64,000 nt of DNA from an uncultured Pseudomonadales bacterium (GCA_964349305.1 CAYGFS010000002.1:425-64424); one strand, 5' to 3'; positions 10,222 to 19,858 are shown, counted from the first letter of the stretch. The notes: generated by a model from the letters alone, not told the origin. A program made the numbers and translations.

Positions 10222-11395
10222 AAATGTTCGACTGGCGTACGCGCTTACATTCCTCTCGGAGTGCTATTGGCCTTCGGTGGCCGCCCTATTCTTTTACTTG
10301 CGCTACTTTTCATTTACAGAGATTGCTACCCTGTGGGCTATCCAGATGGCGGCAACTAATTTGTTAGAAGTGCCAACGGGAGCTTTTGCCGATATTGTGG
10401 GGAGGAAAATATCGGTTATTTTATCTTTCCTGATTGGAGCGCTTAGTTTGTTTGTTTTCCCATTTACGACAGCGTTTCCCGTATTTGTGGGACTAGAAAT
10501 CTTAAAGGGGTTGGCAAATGCGTTGTACTCGGGGAGCATGGAAGCACTAGTATATGACGGCTTGAAAGAGGGTGGTGGCGAGAAGGAATATCCTCATATT
10601 GTGGCCAATATGGAGACAATTACCTGGGCGTCGTGGGCAATTTCGTCGGTTGGGGGAGGATATCTCTACTATTGGCATTTCCAATCACCCTGGCTGATTC
10701 AGGCTGTGATGTTTGTGGTCGCGACGGTGATGGCGATCTGGCTAGTTGAGCCAAAGATAGACAGTGTTAAGGTGAAAATTGGAGAGATTTTTGTGCAGAA
10801 CAGCCGCGGATTTCGAGAGTTGTTCCAGAACTCTCGCGTCACAAGGATCACGCTGCAACTGGCCGTAATTGGAGCCGGATATGTGATTGCGAGTAATATA
10901 CTGGGGCCGTCGCAGGCCAGAGAGTATGGGTTTGATGCGCGAGGGACGGGCTGGGTGTTTGCGGTAGGGTGTATTTTTTCGGTGATTGCCTCAAGATTTT
11001 TCCCCAAGCTGAAAGGCTATTGGGGCGAGAAGAAGTTGATCATTATTACTACCCTGATGCTACTCATTAGTTTCTTGGCAGCAAAATATGTAGGGCTAGT
11101 GGCAGGAAGCGCGCTCATTATCTTGCGGATAGCCAGCTCGTCGACTTTTCGCAACACCAGAAGCGTGATTGTGAATGAGTGGATCAGCAGTAAAAACAGG
11201 GCTACTGCCCTCTCGACATTAAATTTACTGACTCAGACTCCATACATTTTTCTTTCACCCGTTTTTGGGATGATGATTGACCGGACTAGCCCCAATCAGT
11301 TTGCGTGGTGGTTGGGAGTGGGAACCGTGGCGATGCTGGTGATAATAGAAATCCTGTATGGACGAACTGCACAACGGCAATTACAACATCTTTAA
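10214..11395 (+). CDS. MFS transporter (tandem paralog)
   Basis: 12 predicted TM helices. Motif GAFADIVGRKISV. 8-bp overlap with the upstream MFS gene. Confidence 0.7.
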   Translation: MNKNVRLAYALTFLSECYWPSVAALFFYLRYFSFTEIATLWAIQMAATNLLEVPTGAFADIVGRKISVILSFLIGALSLFVFPFTTAFPVFVGLEILKGLANALYSGSMEALVYDGLKEGGGEKEYPHIVANMETITWASWAISSVGGGYLYYWHFQSPWLIQAVMFVVATVMAIWLVEPKIDSVKVKIGEIFVQNSRGFRELFQNSRVTRITLQLAVIGAGYVIASNILGPSQAREYGFDARGTGWVFAVGCIFSVIASRFFPKLKGYWGEKKLIIITTLMLLISFLAAKYVGLVAGSALIILRIASSSTFRNTRSVIVNEWISSKNRATALSTLNLLTQTPYIFLSPVFGMMIDRTSPNQFAWWLGVGTVAMLVIIEILYGRTAQRQLQHL

Positions 11396-12412
11396 CCCAA
11401 AGGGCTCGAGCGCAAGCTTGAGGCGGAGCATTCTTTCTGGAGTGACTAGGTTAAATTTGATGTTGTGGACTATTTTCCAGATGATGGTGCGGAGGCGGTA
11501 GAGATCGATTTTCTCCTGATAATTGTCTGGTAAAGGCTTAATTGAGGCAAAGCCTTCGATCAACTTTGCTTGACGGGGGTAAATTGTCTTCCAGGTGGGA
11601 GAAGAGGCAATATCTAAGAACGAGTCTCCGGCCACGCACGCCTCCCAATCGTAGGCGGCGACAACCTCAAAGGTTTTGGGGTCGTAGCGTAAATTGTGAT
11701 CAGCAAGGTCGTAGTGGACCAGATTGCCTTCTTTGATCGCAAACAGGTCGTGAGCATCTCTAAAAAGTGACAGTATTTTACTGGCAACGTCTTGGCTGAT
11801 ATATCCAGAAGCTTTGACTGTTTCGATTTGATTTTCAAGTTCAAGGAAAACATAGTCATTAAAATTGCTTGATTCCCCTCGTAACTCGCCCGACCTAATT
11901 GCGGTATCGTCAAAATGGCCGAACCCGGTAAATTTAATGTCAGAAAATTTGGCGATTAGCTGGCCGAGCGAGAATGAATATTTGTCATAATCGTCTTTGG
12001 TACCAGAAAACTCGATCTCTGCATCTAAGCCACCCAATACTTCTTGGATTTGAAAATCAAAAGGGAATAATTTACGTGAAATATCTACGTGGATGATGTC
12101 ATTGGTTGGTAGATCATTTTGCTTAACTAAATCTGAGACGAGTTTTTCTTTTAAAAGCTGGGTTTCTATTTCGGCTGGCCCGAGATTCCCCCTATAAACC
12201 AAATCTTTGTTGTTGGCTAGGTGGACGATATAGGTGATATGGGGTAAACCAACGTTTTTAGGGATTTCCCAGCTGACCACTTCAAGATCTAGGGTTTGCT
12301 TAAAGATGTCTTTAAGTAGATTGGGGTCGAAGATTTGGTATTCTTGTTTTAAGATAGCAACTTCTTCGACTGTTCTATTGGCTCCACCACCGGTGTAATG
12401 ATATTTTTGCAC
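11381..12412 (-). CDS. phosphotransferase-family protein (APH/choline-kinase-like fold)
   Basis: Brenner-like catalytic motif HYDLADHNL and the downstream YDWE motif, as in aminoglycoside phosphotransferase/CotS-like kinases. Confidence 0.45.
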   Translation of the reverse strand: MQKYHYTGGGANRTVEEVAILKQEYQIFDPNLLKDIFKQTLDLEVVSWEIPKNVGLPHITYIVHLANNKDLVYRGNLGPAEIETQLLKEKLVSDLVKQNDLPTNDIIHVDISRKLFPFDFQIQEVLGGLDAEIEFSGTKDDYDKYSFSLGQLIAKFSDIKFTGFGHFDDTAIRSGELRGESSNFNDYVFLELENQIETVKASGYISQDVASKILSLFRDAHDLFAIKEGNLVHYDLADHNLRYDPKTFEVVAAYDWEACVAGDSFLDIASSPTWKTIYPRQAKLIEGFASIKPLPDNYQEKIDLYRLRTIIWKIVHNIKFNLVTPERMLRLKLALEPFGLKML

Positions 12413-12445
12413 TCTAGGATTATAACATTTGAAACATGTAGATAA

Positions 12446-13009
12446 TTAGGTGGTAGAGCGGGCGGCATCGACGAGAGAGCGTACATAGTCAGAGGCACCA
12501 AGGCCTGACTCCAAACCTTTGGATTTTAAGAATTGCTCCTGGGCGCTGGTCAAGAAAAGATTAAAGCGGCGAGAGAGCAAGTCTTTTTGAGCGAGAGCGA
12601 GGAAGGCCTCGATCTGTTCTTCGACCGTCGCGCGATTGTATTTGGCCCCGTGGAAATAGCGATTGTCGATCTTTGCACTAAAATCCTCATGAACAGAGAG
12701 ACATAGCACGTGTTTCTTGGCTTGGATGGCAAGGGTGGCTTCGTGGCCGAGCTGGAAATCCTCCTGGCTCATCTCGATCGCCACGGCGTCGGCTGCGAGG
12801 ATGCCGCGCCGCACGGCTTCGTAGTGGAGTTTTTGAGGATGATTTTTTAATCGTTCCCGGATAGAGGGGGGCACGAGATCTAGGTAATTCCCCTTCTCGG
12901 TTGCCACGATCTCTAGTCCCGATTGAGAATCGAGGACCTTACCTACCAGGTCGTAGTTCTTTTGATAAAGTGATTTGCCGTGGTAACTGGCAGTCCAAAA
13001 TAGTTTCAT
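12446..13009 (-). CDS. hypothetical protein (187 aa)
   Basis: Intact ORF. No motif recognised. Confidence 0.4.
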   Translation of the reverse strand: MKLFWTASYHGKSLYQKNYDLVGKVLDSQSGLEIVATEKGNYLDLVPPSIRERLKNHPQKLHYEAVRRGILAADAVAIEMSQEDFQLGHEATLAIQAKKHVLCLSVHEDFSAKIDNRYFHGAKYNRATVEEQIEAFLALAQKDLLSRRFNLFLTSAQEQFLKSKGLESGLGASDYVRSLVDAARSTT

Positions 13010-13293
13010 TGCACTCCTTATGTATATATGTATACCACGCTATTGCGTATTTATCGATCTAATTGTATATTCTGTCAATATTATGAGTATTGAAGATATG
13101 AGCGCTGACGCCCGTACTATTTTGGATAGAATTTGCTGTCGCGGCTATAGGATGTCACACTTGTTGGCTCCAAGTGTCAACTCTGATCAAGAATCTAAAA
13201 AGAGATTGGGGTGGCTTTTGTGGGTATTTAATTACCCATCTATAGAAAGTATGTTTATACTAGATCAATTAGCAAATATAAAGCGGAGAATAC

Positions 13294-13749
13294 ATGATTA
13301 GATCAACTGGGGTGTGTATAAAGACCAAGGATTTTGCTAGGTCTAGAGCTTTTTACGAAGGATTTGGGTTTAAGCCAAAATTTGAAGTGGGACCGGATAA
13401 AGAGATAAAGGATATAAGTAGCGTGGTGATATATGGATCGGAGACTGGTGGCAACTTTGAGCTGACGGATGGACATGTAGCGATCAAGCCTAGCGTTTTC
13501 CAGGAAACTGTCGCGTCTTCGAAGATATCGCTCATGTTTGAAGTGGACTCACTTGAAGAAATAATGCGTCTGGCAAAGACCATGGGAATCGAACCGGCAG
13601 TGCCAGTAAGACACTATTACTACGGTAACCTCGAAGTGGTTTTCTACGATCCAGACCGGACGAGAGTGGTATTTATCGAGCCGTATACCAAAGAGTTAGC
13701 AGAGAAACTGAGGGCGAGTGAGGAATTTGGAGTGCTGCCAAGTGCTTGA
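13294..13749 (+). CDS. VOC/glyoxalase/bleomycin-resistance family protein
   Basis: N-terminal ...VCIKTKDFARSRAFYEGFGFK... beta-alpha-beta-beta-beta module typical of VOC proteins. Confidence 0.5.
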   Translation: MIRSTGVCIKTKDFARSRAFYEGFGFKPKFEVGPDKEIKDISSVVIYGSETGGNFELTDGHVAIKPSVFQETVASSKISLMFEVDSLEEIMRLAKTMGIEPAVPVRHYYYGNLEVVFYDPDRTRVVFIEPYTKELAEKLRASEEFGVLPSA

Positions 13750-13784
13750 CAGTAGTACTGCTAGTAAGGTATCCTAAAGGTACT

Positions 13785-14054
13785 ATGTTGAGCAATATAA
13801 TGGGGATCAAACAATTTCAGACACAACTACCAATGGTGGCGCGGAACATCAAGGCCATGGGAGGTCATTACCTGGTGACTAATCGGAACGAGCCGGCAAT
13901 GGTCGCGATTTCTTTTGAAGATTATCAGTCCGTGGAAGATATCTTGTTGGAGATGAATTCCCCTGCCCTACAAAAGGACGTTGAAGCAGGACGCCGTGAA
14001 TATGTGGCCGGTAAAACGACAAAGTTGAGTGATTTTTTAATTGAAAATGTATGA
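13785..14054 (+). CDS. type II antitoxin, Phd/YefM family
   Basis: Small protein immediately upstream of, and overlapping by 4 bp, the RelE/ParE toxin. Phd/YefM-like core. The listed ORF starts at 13746; the internal ATG at 13785 is more likely. Confidence 0.6.
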   Translation: MLSNIMGIKQFQTQLPMVARNIKAMGGHYLVTNRNEPAMVAISFEDYQSVEDILLEMNSPALQKDVEAGRREYVAGKTTKLSDFLIENV

Positions 14055-14314
14055 AGGCCTATGAAATCCAGTTGAGTACGAAGGCAAAGAAACAACTAAG
14101 AAAATTGAGTCCCCAAATTCGCAATATAATTGTCCCAGAGATACAAAAATTGGCAACGGCGAGATTCCCCAATCAATTCAAACACCTAACTAAGCATAAA
14201 ACTGCCGATTATCGCCTGAGAATCGGCGACTACAGAGTACTTTATGATGTTTATGACGACGATCAAGTGGTGTTGATTTTGATTGTGGGACACAGGCGAG
14301 ACGTGTATAGATAA
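14051..14314 (+). CDS. type II toxin, RelE/ParE family
   Basis: ...KTADYRLRIGDYRVLYDVYDDDQVVLILIVGHRRDVYR is the canonical RelE/ParE C-terminus. Confidence 0.75.
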   Translation: MKAYEIQLSTKAKKQLRKLSPQIRNIIVPEIQKLATARFPNQFKHLTKHKTADYRLRIGDYRVLYDVYDDDQVVLILIVGHRRDVYR

Positions 14315-14333
14315 GTCTTGCTTGGTGAGAGGG

Positions 14334-15242
14334 TTAGGAGAATACGTGAATGAGCTCTCCCTTGAGCCAGGCTTCGATGTTGTCGATCATCATGTCGTTG
14401 CCAATCTTGCTGGTCACGTCGGTAAAGGCCGAGATGTGGGGCGTGGCTAATACTCTGGGGTGGGAGATGAGTTTTTGATATAAGGGATTAGTTGTATCGC
14501 CGGGCTTGATATCCATGACGTCGTGGGCAACACAGGACAACTGACCAGAATCAAGAGCTTCTAGCATGGCATCAATGTCAACAATGTTACCCACTGTGAC
14601 CGAGATAAAAATGGCACCCCGCTTGAGAGAAGCGAAAAAATCTCGGTTGAGAAGGTTGCGTGAAGTCGGGTTGGAGCTGAGAGAGTCAACAACAACATCG
14701 GCGATTTTAACTGAGCTGGCTAGATTGTCACCTCGTTTGAAATAGGTGACATTCATTTCGAGAGAACGACAGATATCCCCCACTCTCTTGCCGATGCTAC
14801 CGGCGCCAAGGATGGTAATGTTTTTGCCAGCTAAGCCAATGGAGGGGGTGGGAAGTGGGATGGGGAGCGGATCTTGAGTATTGACGTATACTCCTAGCTG
14901 GCGCATTGTAGTCAGGATCATGTAGACAATCCACTCTGAGACGGCATGACGATTGCATCCAGGGCTGTTACAAATAATTAAGTGGTTGTTTTTGACGATA
15001 ACTGGATCTGCAAAGCTACTCACCCCGACAAATGGGACGGTGATGAAGGTGTCGTGAAGGAGGTAGTAATTCTCGCGTAAACCAATGATCCAGGAACAAA
15101 CAACGTCATATCCCTGGCAGCGCTCTAACCACTCTTCTGGACTGGGAATAGTGTCATGATAAGTGATCTCTCCCAGGCTATCTAGGCGATTCTTTTGTGG
15201 TTCTGAGAGTCCCATGGGACAGGTAACAACTATTTTTGTCAT
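14334..15242 (-). CDS. D-isomer-specific 2-hydroxyacid dehydrogenase family protein
   Basis: Rossmann motif ITILGAGSIGKRVG. Catalytic-domain motif ...ATPHISAFT. Confidence 0.7.
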   Translation of the reverse strand: MTKIVVTCPMGLSEPQKNRLDSLGEITYHDTIPSPEEWLERCQGYDVVCSWIIGLRENYYLLHDTFITVPFVGVSSFADPVIVKNNHLIICNSPGCNRHAVSEWIVYMILTTMRQLGVYVNTQDPLPIPLPTPSIGLAGKNITILGAGSIGKRVGDICRSLEMNVTYFKRGDNLASSVKIADVVVDSLSSNPTSRNLLNRDFFASLKRGAIFISVTVGNIVDIDAMLEALDSGQLSCVAHDVMDIKPGDTTNPLYQKLISHPRVLATPHISAFTDVTSKIGNDMMIDNIEAWLKGELIHVFS

Positions 15243-15302
15243 ATGTTATGTAGTTTACTATTATGTTGACTAATGGCAATCTGGTGTCATAATTGTTGAC
15301 AT

Positions 15303-16082
15303 ATGATGACACCTGAGGAATATTTGGCCAATCTTGGCCTGAAAAATAAGCAAATAAAAATATATTTAGATTTGTCATCGCATCCAGAGTCGACAGTGGT
15401 TCAGATACATAAGAGGGTGGGTGAACCTAGGAGCTCTATCTACCTAGAACTTGAGAGAATGATTGAGAAAGGATTGATTATTTCTAAGCGAGTCGGCAAG
15501 TCGAGCTATTACAAAATTACAGATCCTGAGACTCTTAAGCTGGAAATCGAGGATGAAAAAACCAGGATAGATTATCTCTCACAATACCTAGCGGAGTTCC
15601 GCACAGCCATTGAGAAGGTTGATAAACGAGGGGTAATTGGGCGGACGATAAATATTTACAAGGGACAGGCTGGAATTAAACAGATGCTGTGGAACATAAT
15701 ACTATCGGGATCAAAATTGGTGATCGGATATAGCCCAGGACAGCTAGAGCATGTGACGGATCGAAAATTTGCAGAGCGTTGGAGAGCGGAGTTTGTGGCG
15801 AGGGGGATGCACAACCAAATAATCTTTAATCAACCCAAGCCGAAAAGATGGTCGGATATCCCTGAATTTTTGGAAAAGCATGTTCAGGCTAAGACTCTAG
15901 ATGAGCGGAAAATCAAATTTGACCGCTTGGTAGTTATATATGGAGATGTGTTTGCGGTTTGCAGCCTCAAGACTGACGTCGACCAGTATGGAATAGAAAT
16001 ACGAGATGACTTACTTGTCAATTCTTACAAGCAAATTTTTCAGTTTCTTTGGGATCACGTGGCGGAGGAGATGAGGGACTAG
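15303..16082 (+). CDS. TrmB-like wHTH regulator (paralog 2)
   Basis: N-terminal LANLGLKNKQIKIYLDLSSHPESTVVQIHKRVGEPRSSIYLELERMIEKGLI. C-terminal ...QIFQFLWDHVAEE. Inverted repeat GTGTCAT-N13-ATGACAC overlaps its start. Confidence 0.6.
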   Translation: MMTPEEYLANLGLKNKQIKIYLDLSSHPESTVVQIHKRVGEPRSSIYLELERMIEKGLIISKRVGKSSYYKITDPETLKLEIEDEKTRIDYLSQYLAEFRTAIEKVDKRGVIGRTINIYKGQAGIKQMLWNIILSGSKLVIGYSPGQLEHVTDRKFAERWRAEFVARGMHNQIIFNQPKPKRWSDIPEFLEKHVQAKTLDERKIKFDRLVVIYGDVFAVCSLKTDVDQYGIEIRDDLLVNSYKQIFQFLWDHVAEEMRD

Positions 16083-16894
16083 GCTAACTCGGCGGTACCG
16101 TGAGAATCGAGGATTGTGAACTTTTTTGCTCCAGACCAGAGGTATTCGAATAATTGGCGCTGCATGTCGGCCAGTTCCTGGGAGTGGATCTCGACACAAA
16201 AAATCTCATCGCCAGTGTAGCGATACATGCAGTAGACGTCGTTGTAGATCAAAATTTCAAACTGGAAAGGCTTTTCTGCGGGTGGAATGTGGCGGATCTC
16301 CCAGTATTTCTCCACGATCTCGGGGGTGTCCGTCCAGGCATCGAGATGGGTGGTGCTAGTGAGGGTGCGGCTAACAATTTTGTTAGCGACGAACTTGCGT
16401 CGGAAGTCTTCGGCTTCCTTTTTAGACAAGAACGCATTCATGGTCGAGAGCTCGTAAGTGAGGAGCTCGCCCCTGGCTCTCAGTGAGTTGTGAGTGACTT
16501 GCTTGAGCCCCTCGACGCCGTGGTAATAGAGCACCTGGGACTTGGGGGAAGGATCCTTAAGTGATAACCCGGCGAGTTGAGACTTGAGACTGGGTAGGGA
16601 CGATTTTAATTTATCTAGTTCATGCTCGCGGTCGGACAAGAGGAGGTCGAGCTGATCGGGAGCGAGCGCAGTAAATCTAGTTCCCCTCTCCCCTAGTCTA
16701 GTAATCACTAATCCGCGAGAAATGAGATTGTCCAGTAGGCGGTACACTTTGGTGCGTGCAAGTTTGAGATTGCGAGCAATAGAGAGGGCAGTGTCTCCTC
16801 TACCTGACAATATTTCCAGATATATTTTGGCTTCTAGCTCGCTCACGCCAAACTGAGTAAGGAGAGAGATTGTAGTGTCTATTTTTTCGGACAT
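16079..16894 (-). CDS. TrmB-like wHTH regulator (paralog 3)
   Basis: HTH LTQFGVSELEAKIYLEILSGRGDTALSIARNLKLARTKVYRLLDNLISRGLV. The listed ORF runs to 17032, but the ATG at 16894 (MSEKID...) avoids overlap with the well-supported gene at 16945. Confidence 0.6.
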   Translation of the reverse strand: MSEKIDTTISLLTQFGVSELEAKIYLEILSGRGDTALSIARNLKLARTKVYRLLDNLISRGLVITRLGERGTRFTALAPDQLDLLLSDREHELDKLKSSLPSLKSQLAGLSLKDPSPKSQVLYYHGVEGLKQVTHNSLRARGELLTYELSTMNAFLSKKEAEDFRRKFVANKIVSRTLTSTTHLDAWTDTPEIVEKYWEIRHIPPAEKPFQFEILIYNDVYCMYRYTGDEIFCVEIHSQELADMQRQLFEYLWSGAKKFTILDSHGTAELA

Positions 16895-16944
16895 CAGATT
16901 GAATATTAACAGAATTGTGACAGAATGCAAGAAAAAGGAGGAAT

Positions 16945-17514
16945 ATGGAGCGGATTGGAATAAATGGATATCAACTACTATCTGAGGGATATAGCGGAGA
17001 TAATCTAGGGTTGAATAATGATAGCGTTTCATGGGGGAGTGCTCGAATCCCCGTGGTTGATGGTGGCCTTGATACTCCTCCAGATGGTGTTGAGGAGGTG
17101 AGGCTACTTAATACTGTTCATCCAGATGATGGCTGGATGGATGGCGCAACTATAAAACTTAATCACTCAATTCTCCAACGCTTTTTAGAACATGGGAATC
17201 GGACTTATGTAGAAGAACCTCTAAATGAAGGCGGAGTGGCGATGGGAGTGTCACCAGACGGTGTTAGTTATATGTATATCCCAGATCAAACTTCTAGCCT
17301 GAAGACTAGAAAGATTGGGGGGAGCTGGGTGTATGGTGAGGGATGGGTTCACGGATGGATTAATAGGGGGCGAGGAACGCTAAAATACCTAGAGTGGTGT
17401 ATCCCAAAGTATGAACAGGATGGAACAAGTGAAGTCGTTAACGAGGGTGAGGATGTGGGAGCAGTAATGTTTTGGGGGTTGTGGAGAATGTTGAAAAATG
17501 ATTCTGGTAGATAG
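16945..17514 (+). CDS. hypothetical Gly/Trp-rich protein (189 aa)
   Basis: Consensus RBS AAAGGAGGAAT before the ATG. No known domain. Confidence 0.45.
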   Translation: MERIGINGYQLLSEGYSGDNLGLNNDSVSWGSARIPVVDGGLDTPPDGVEEVRLLNTVHPDDGWMDGATIKLNHSILQRFLEHGNRTYVEEPLNEGGVAMGVSPDGVSYMYIPDQTSSLKTRKIGGSWVYGEGWVHGWINRGRGTLKYLEWCIPKYEQDGTSEVVNEGEDVGAVMFWGLWRMLKNDSGR

Positions 17515-17521
17515 GGGGCCG

Positions 17522-17546
17522 AGCCTGCGAGGACAGTCCTCGCAGG
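17522..17546. repeat. perfect palindrome AGCCTGCGAGGACAGTCCTCGCAGG (10-bp stem, 5-nt loop), copy 1
   Basis: Identical 25-mer recurs at 18117-18141. The GAGGACWGTCCTC core recurs at 28619-28636 and 29097-29163. Confidence 0.85.
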
Positions 17547-17610
17547 TTACTCGCAGGTTAAATGTGTTGGTTGGATCTGGGATGGTTGTGGTTGCGAGTC
17601 TTGCCACTTG

Positions 17611-18090
17611 TTAGGAGAGTTTCTTAAGCATCTGCTCGGGTTTGCCCGCGATGTGGATGAGTCCGGTTGGTAGAGCCCCGATTCGTTTATACCAACTCAA
17701 GGGGAAATCGTGGAGGTTTCCGTCAGCAATGCCTTCGAACTCGACTATGCCATATTTCTTTATGGCTGTTTCTACCAGTAATTTGGTCAGGTGGCTGGCA
17801 ATCCCCTTCCTTTGGTGGGTTGGGTGGACAAATAATTCGACTTCATGGATGTGGGGTCCATCGCACCAAGGCTTAATGCTCCCGGCAATTGCACCAACGA
17901 TTTTGTTATCCAGTAGTGCTACGAAGAAAAGGTCGGGTTGGATTTCCCAAAGGTGCGTCAAAAAATCTGTAGCTGCTTTATCTGACCAGTATTCACCGAT
18001 GTCGGCAAGATTAAAGCACTCAGCGTACACATGTCCAACTTCAGCAAGTTGTGATTGTTTAATGATTGAGAATTGTAGTTGATTGGCCAC
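17611..18090 (-). CDS. GNAT family N-acetyltransferase
   Basis: Acetyl-CoA-binding motif ...HQRKGIASHLTKLLVE... (Q/RxxGxG/A). Confidence 0.75.
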   Translation of the reverse strand: MANQLQFSIIKQSQLAEVGHVYAECFNLADIGEYWSDKAATDFLTHLWEIQPDLFFVALLDNKIVGAIAGSIKPWCDGPHIHEVELFVHPTHQRKGIASHLTKLLVETAIKKYGIVEFEGIADGNLHDFPLSWYKRIGALPTGLIHIAGKPEQMLKKLS

Positions 18091-18116
18091 GGAGTGATTA
18101 TAAACCCGTGGGTTTA

Positions 18117-18141
18117 AGCCTGCGAGGACAGTCCTCGCAGG
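18117..18141. repeat. perfect palindrome AGCCTGCGAGGACAGTCCTCGCAGG, copy 2
   Basis: Identical to 17522-17546. Together they bracket the GNAT gene. Confidence 0.85.
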
Positions 18142-18155
18142 CTTCTGTGAATATA

Positions 18156-18572
18156 TTACCTGGCGGCACTGGCCCAGATGGCTTCGAACCAGACCTTGGC
18201 GGACTGGACAATAGAGGGATCTTCTATCAATACGGCGTAGGGATTTGCTGGGTTGAAACTAATGATGGCCATAAAGTCGTCTCCTATGACCAGGTCGGAC
18301 TCGGCGGAGTCGGTTAAATAACGCGCTTGGTTTTTGATTCCGTCTTTCTTTTTCCCATAAGCGCGGTTGCCCGTTGTGTCGGCCACGACCTCGCGCGTTT
18401 TGATCTGGCTAGCGAAGAGTTTGGGCTCGAACTCGTTGTCATACCACTCCCCAATCACGGCTGTGTAGCCAGTAGAGAGACAGACAAAGTCGGCGACTTT
18501 GCCCTGCAGCAATCGTTTATAGACAGGCTGGATGCTGGTAGATCCAGGTAGAACGCTAATGGCGTTGTTCAT
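18156..18572 (-). CDS. stand-alone homolog of the TrmB-like C-terminal domain (no HTH)
   Basis: C-terminus ...RYLTDSAESDLVIGDDFMAIISFNPANPYAVLIEDPSIVQSAKVWFEAIWASAAR aligns with ...RYLPKEILAIPHQMDIYDEVVTFYSW...EIHNPKVAQMQKQLFELAWEKAKR of the adjacent paralog 4. It lacks the N-terminal wHTH. Confidence 0.5.
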   Translation of the reverse strand: MNNAISVLPGSTSIQPVYKRLLQGKVADFVCLSTGYTAVIGEWYDNEFEPKLFASQIKTREVVADTTGNRAYGKKKDGIKNQARYLTDSAESDLVIGDDFMAIISFNPANPYAVLIEDPSIVQSAKVWFEAIWASAAR

Positions 18573-18638
18573 ATAATCTCCTTTGTCCTAATTGTGGACA
18601 ACTAATAATATCTCAGAGTTTACAGCTGATATTAATAT

Positions 18639-19436
18639 GTGTATAATTGGTGTCCAACTGGTGAACATGTGAATAAAAATGACTTAATAATCTACTTGAA
18701 TAAGCTCGGCCTAACCAAGGAGGTAGTAGAGATTTACTTGGATTTACTGGAACACGGGGAGGGTACTCCCCTATCGATATCCAGAAGAACTGGGATAAAT
18801 CGGACCAAGGTATACCGGGAAATCGAGGAGATGGCGAGGGAAAAACTTCTGACCCTGCAAATAGGCGACAACACTACGATAGTCTCCCCTGCCCCGATGG
18901 AGCGGATAGGGGCAATGCTTAAGCAAAAACAGCTCGCAGTGGCGGAGCTGTCCAAAAACTGGAGCGATGTCACCGAGTCTCTGGCTCAAATTCAAGTTGT
19001 GCAGAAGGCCGAAACCAGAGTGAAGTACTACAAAGGCAAAGAGGGAATTGAACAGATGGTGTGGAACGTGCTGAAGGCAAAAGACGAAATAGTGGGCTAT
19101 ACCTTCCGCGATCTGTCGCACTTTGTGGGAGCCAAGTTTATGGGCGAATTTGTAGAGGAATTTAAAAGGCGTAACCTGTTCATGAGGGATATCTATGGTG
19201 ATGAATATCTGGAAAATAAGCCGACCGATAACAACTGGGCGGGTAAAATAAGCTCGCGTTACTTACCAAAAGAAATTCTTGCCATCCCCCACCAGATGGA
19301 TATTTATGACGAGGTAGTGACATTTTATAGCTGGAATGAGGGCGAGGTATGGGGGACAGAGATACACAATCCCAAAGTGGCTCAGATGCAGAAACAGTTG
19401 TTTGAACTGGCGTGGGAGAAGGCAAAAAGGGTTTAG
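18639..19436 (+). CDS. TrmB-like wHTH regulator (paralog 4)
   Basis: HTH LNKLGLTKEVVEIYLDLLEHGEGTPLSISRRTGINRTKVYREIEEMAREKLL. Inverted repeat TTGTCC-N7-GGACAA lies upstream. Confidence 0.6.
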   Translation: MYNWCPTGEHVNKNDLIIYLNKLGLTKEVVEIYLDLLEHGEGTPLSISRRTGINRTKVYREIEEMAREKLLTLQIGDNTTIVSPAPMERIGAMLKQKQLAVAELSKNWSDVTESLAQIQVVQKAETRVKYYKGKEGIEQMVWNVLKAKDEIVGYTFRDLSHFVGAKFMGEFVEEFKRRNLFMRDIYGDEYLENKPTDNNWAGKISSRYLPKEILAIPHQMDIYDEVVTFYSWNEGEVWGTEIHNPKVAQMQKQLFELAWEKAKRV

Positions 19437-19858
19437 CGCTCGTTTTCGTGCTCGCGCAAGGTATTAGTCATAGATTGAGGGGAGTCTAGGAGCCAACTCA
19501 TCGCTTTTTGCACCCTGTCCAAATCTTGTTCCTTAGAATCTATATTTTCCAGGCCTACTAGTTGTAATAAGTAAACATTGGCTGGATAACCAAATGCCAC
19601 TGATGTTTCGAATAATTTGAAGGAAAGTTGCCATGGTGCAACTCCAGTGAAAATATGTGCTCTCACCTTGTCGGGAAAATGTGCTTCTTTAAGCAATTCC
19701 CAGCGCTGCTGTGCATCGAGCGGTCCAACAATTTCGATTACCTGTTTTTCAACGGCAATCCTAATTGCTACTGGTTTGAGGAAATCACTAATAACGATGG
19801 CCTCTTTCGATTCGTCTACTACTTCCTTGCTTTTGGCTTCCTTAAATGTTCTTGTCAT
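19433..19858 (-). CDS. hypothetical protein
   Basis: Intact ORF between two TrmB-like genes. Likely start is MTRTFKEAK at 19858 (the listed ORF extends to 19915). Confidence 0.35.
   Translation of the reverse strand: MTRTFKEAKSKEVVDESKEAIVISDFLKPVAIRIAVEKQVIEIVGPLDAQQRWELLKEAHFPDKVRAHIFTGVAPWQLSFKLFETSVAFGYPANVYLLQLVGLENIDSKEQDLDRVQKAMSWLLDSPQSMTNTLREHENER

Noticed and set aside
13020-13301. 93-aa ORF in the AT-rich spacer upstream of the VOC gene
   Set aside because: Lies in an AT-rich intergenic region with promoter-like features. No RBS. Ends inside the next gene's start region. Likely non-coding.
16895-17032. Longer 317-aa version of TrmB-like paralog 3 (listed start 17032)
   Set aside because: The extension overlaps by 88 bp the opposite-strand gene at 16945, which has a consensus RBS. 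It adds only a hydrophobic non-homologous N-terminus. The internal ATG at 16894 gives an HTH aligned with the other paralogs.
17036-17060. tRNA T-arm-like string (GGGGGAGTGCTCGAATCCCC)
   Set aside because: The loop is too long (9 nt). No acceptor or anticodon arm can be built. It lies inside a well-supported ORF with an excellent RBS. No convincing tRNA elsewhere in the window either.
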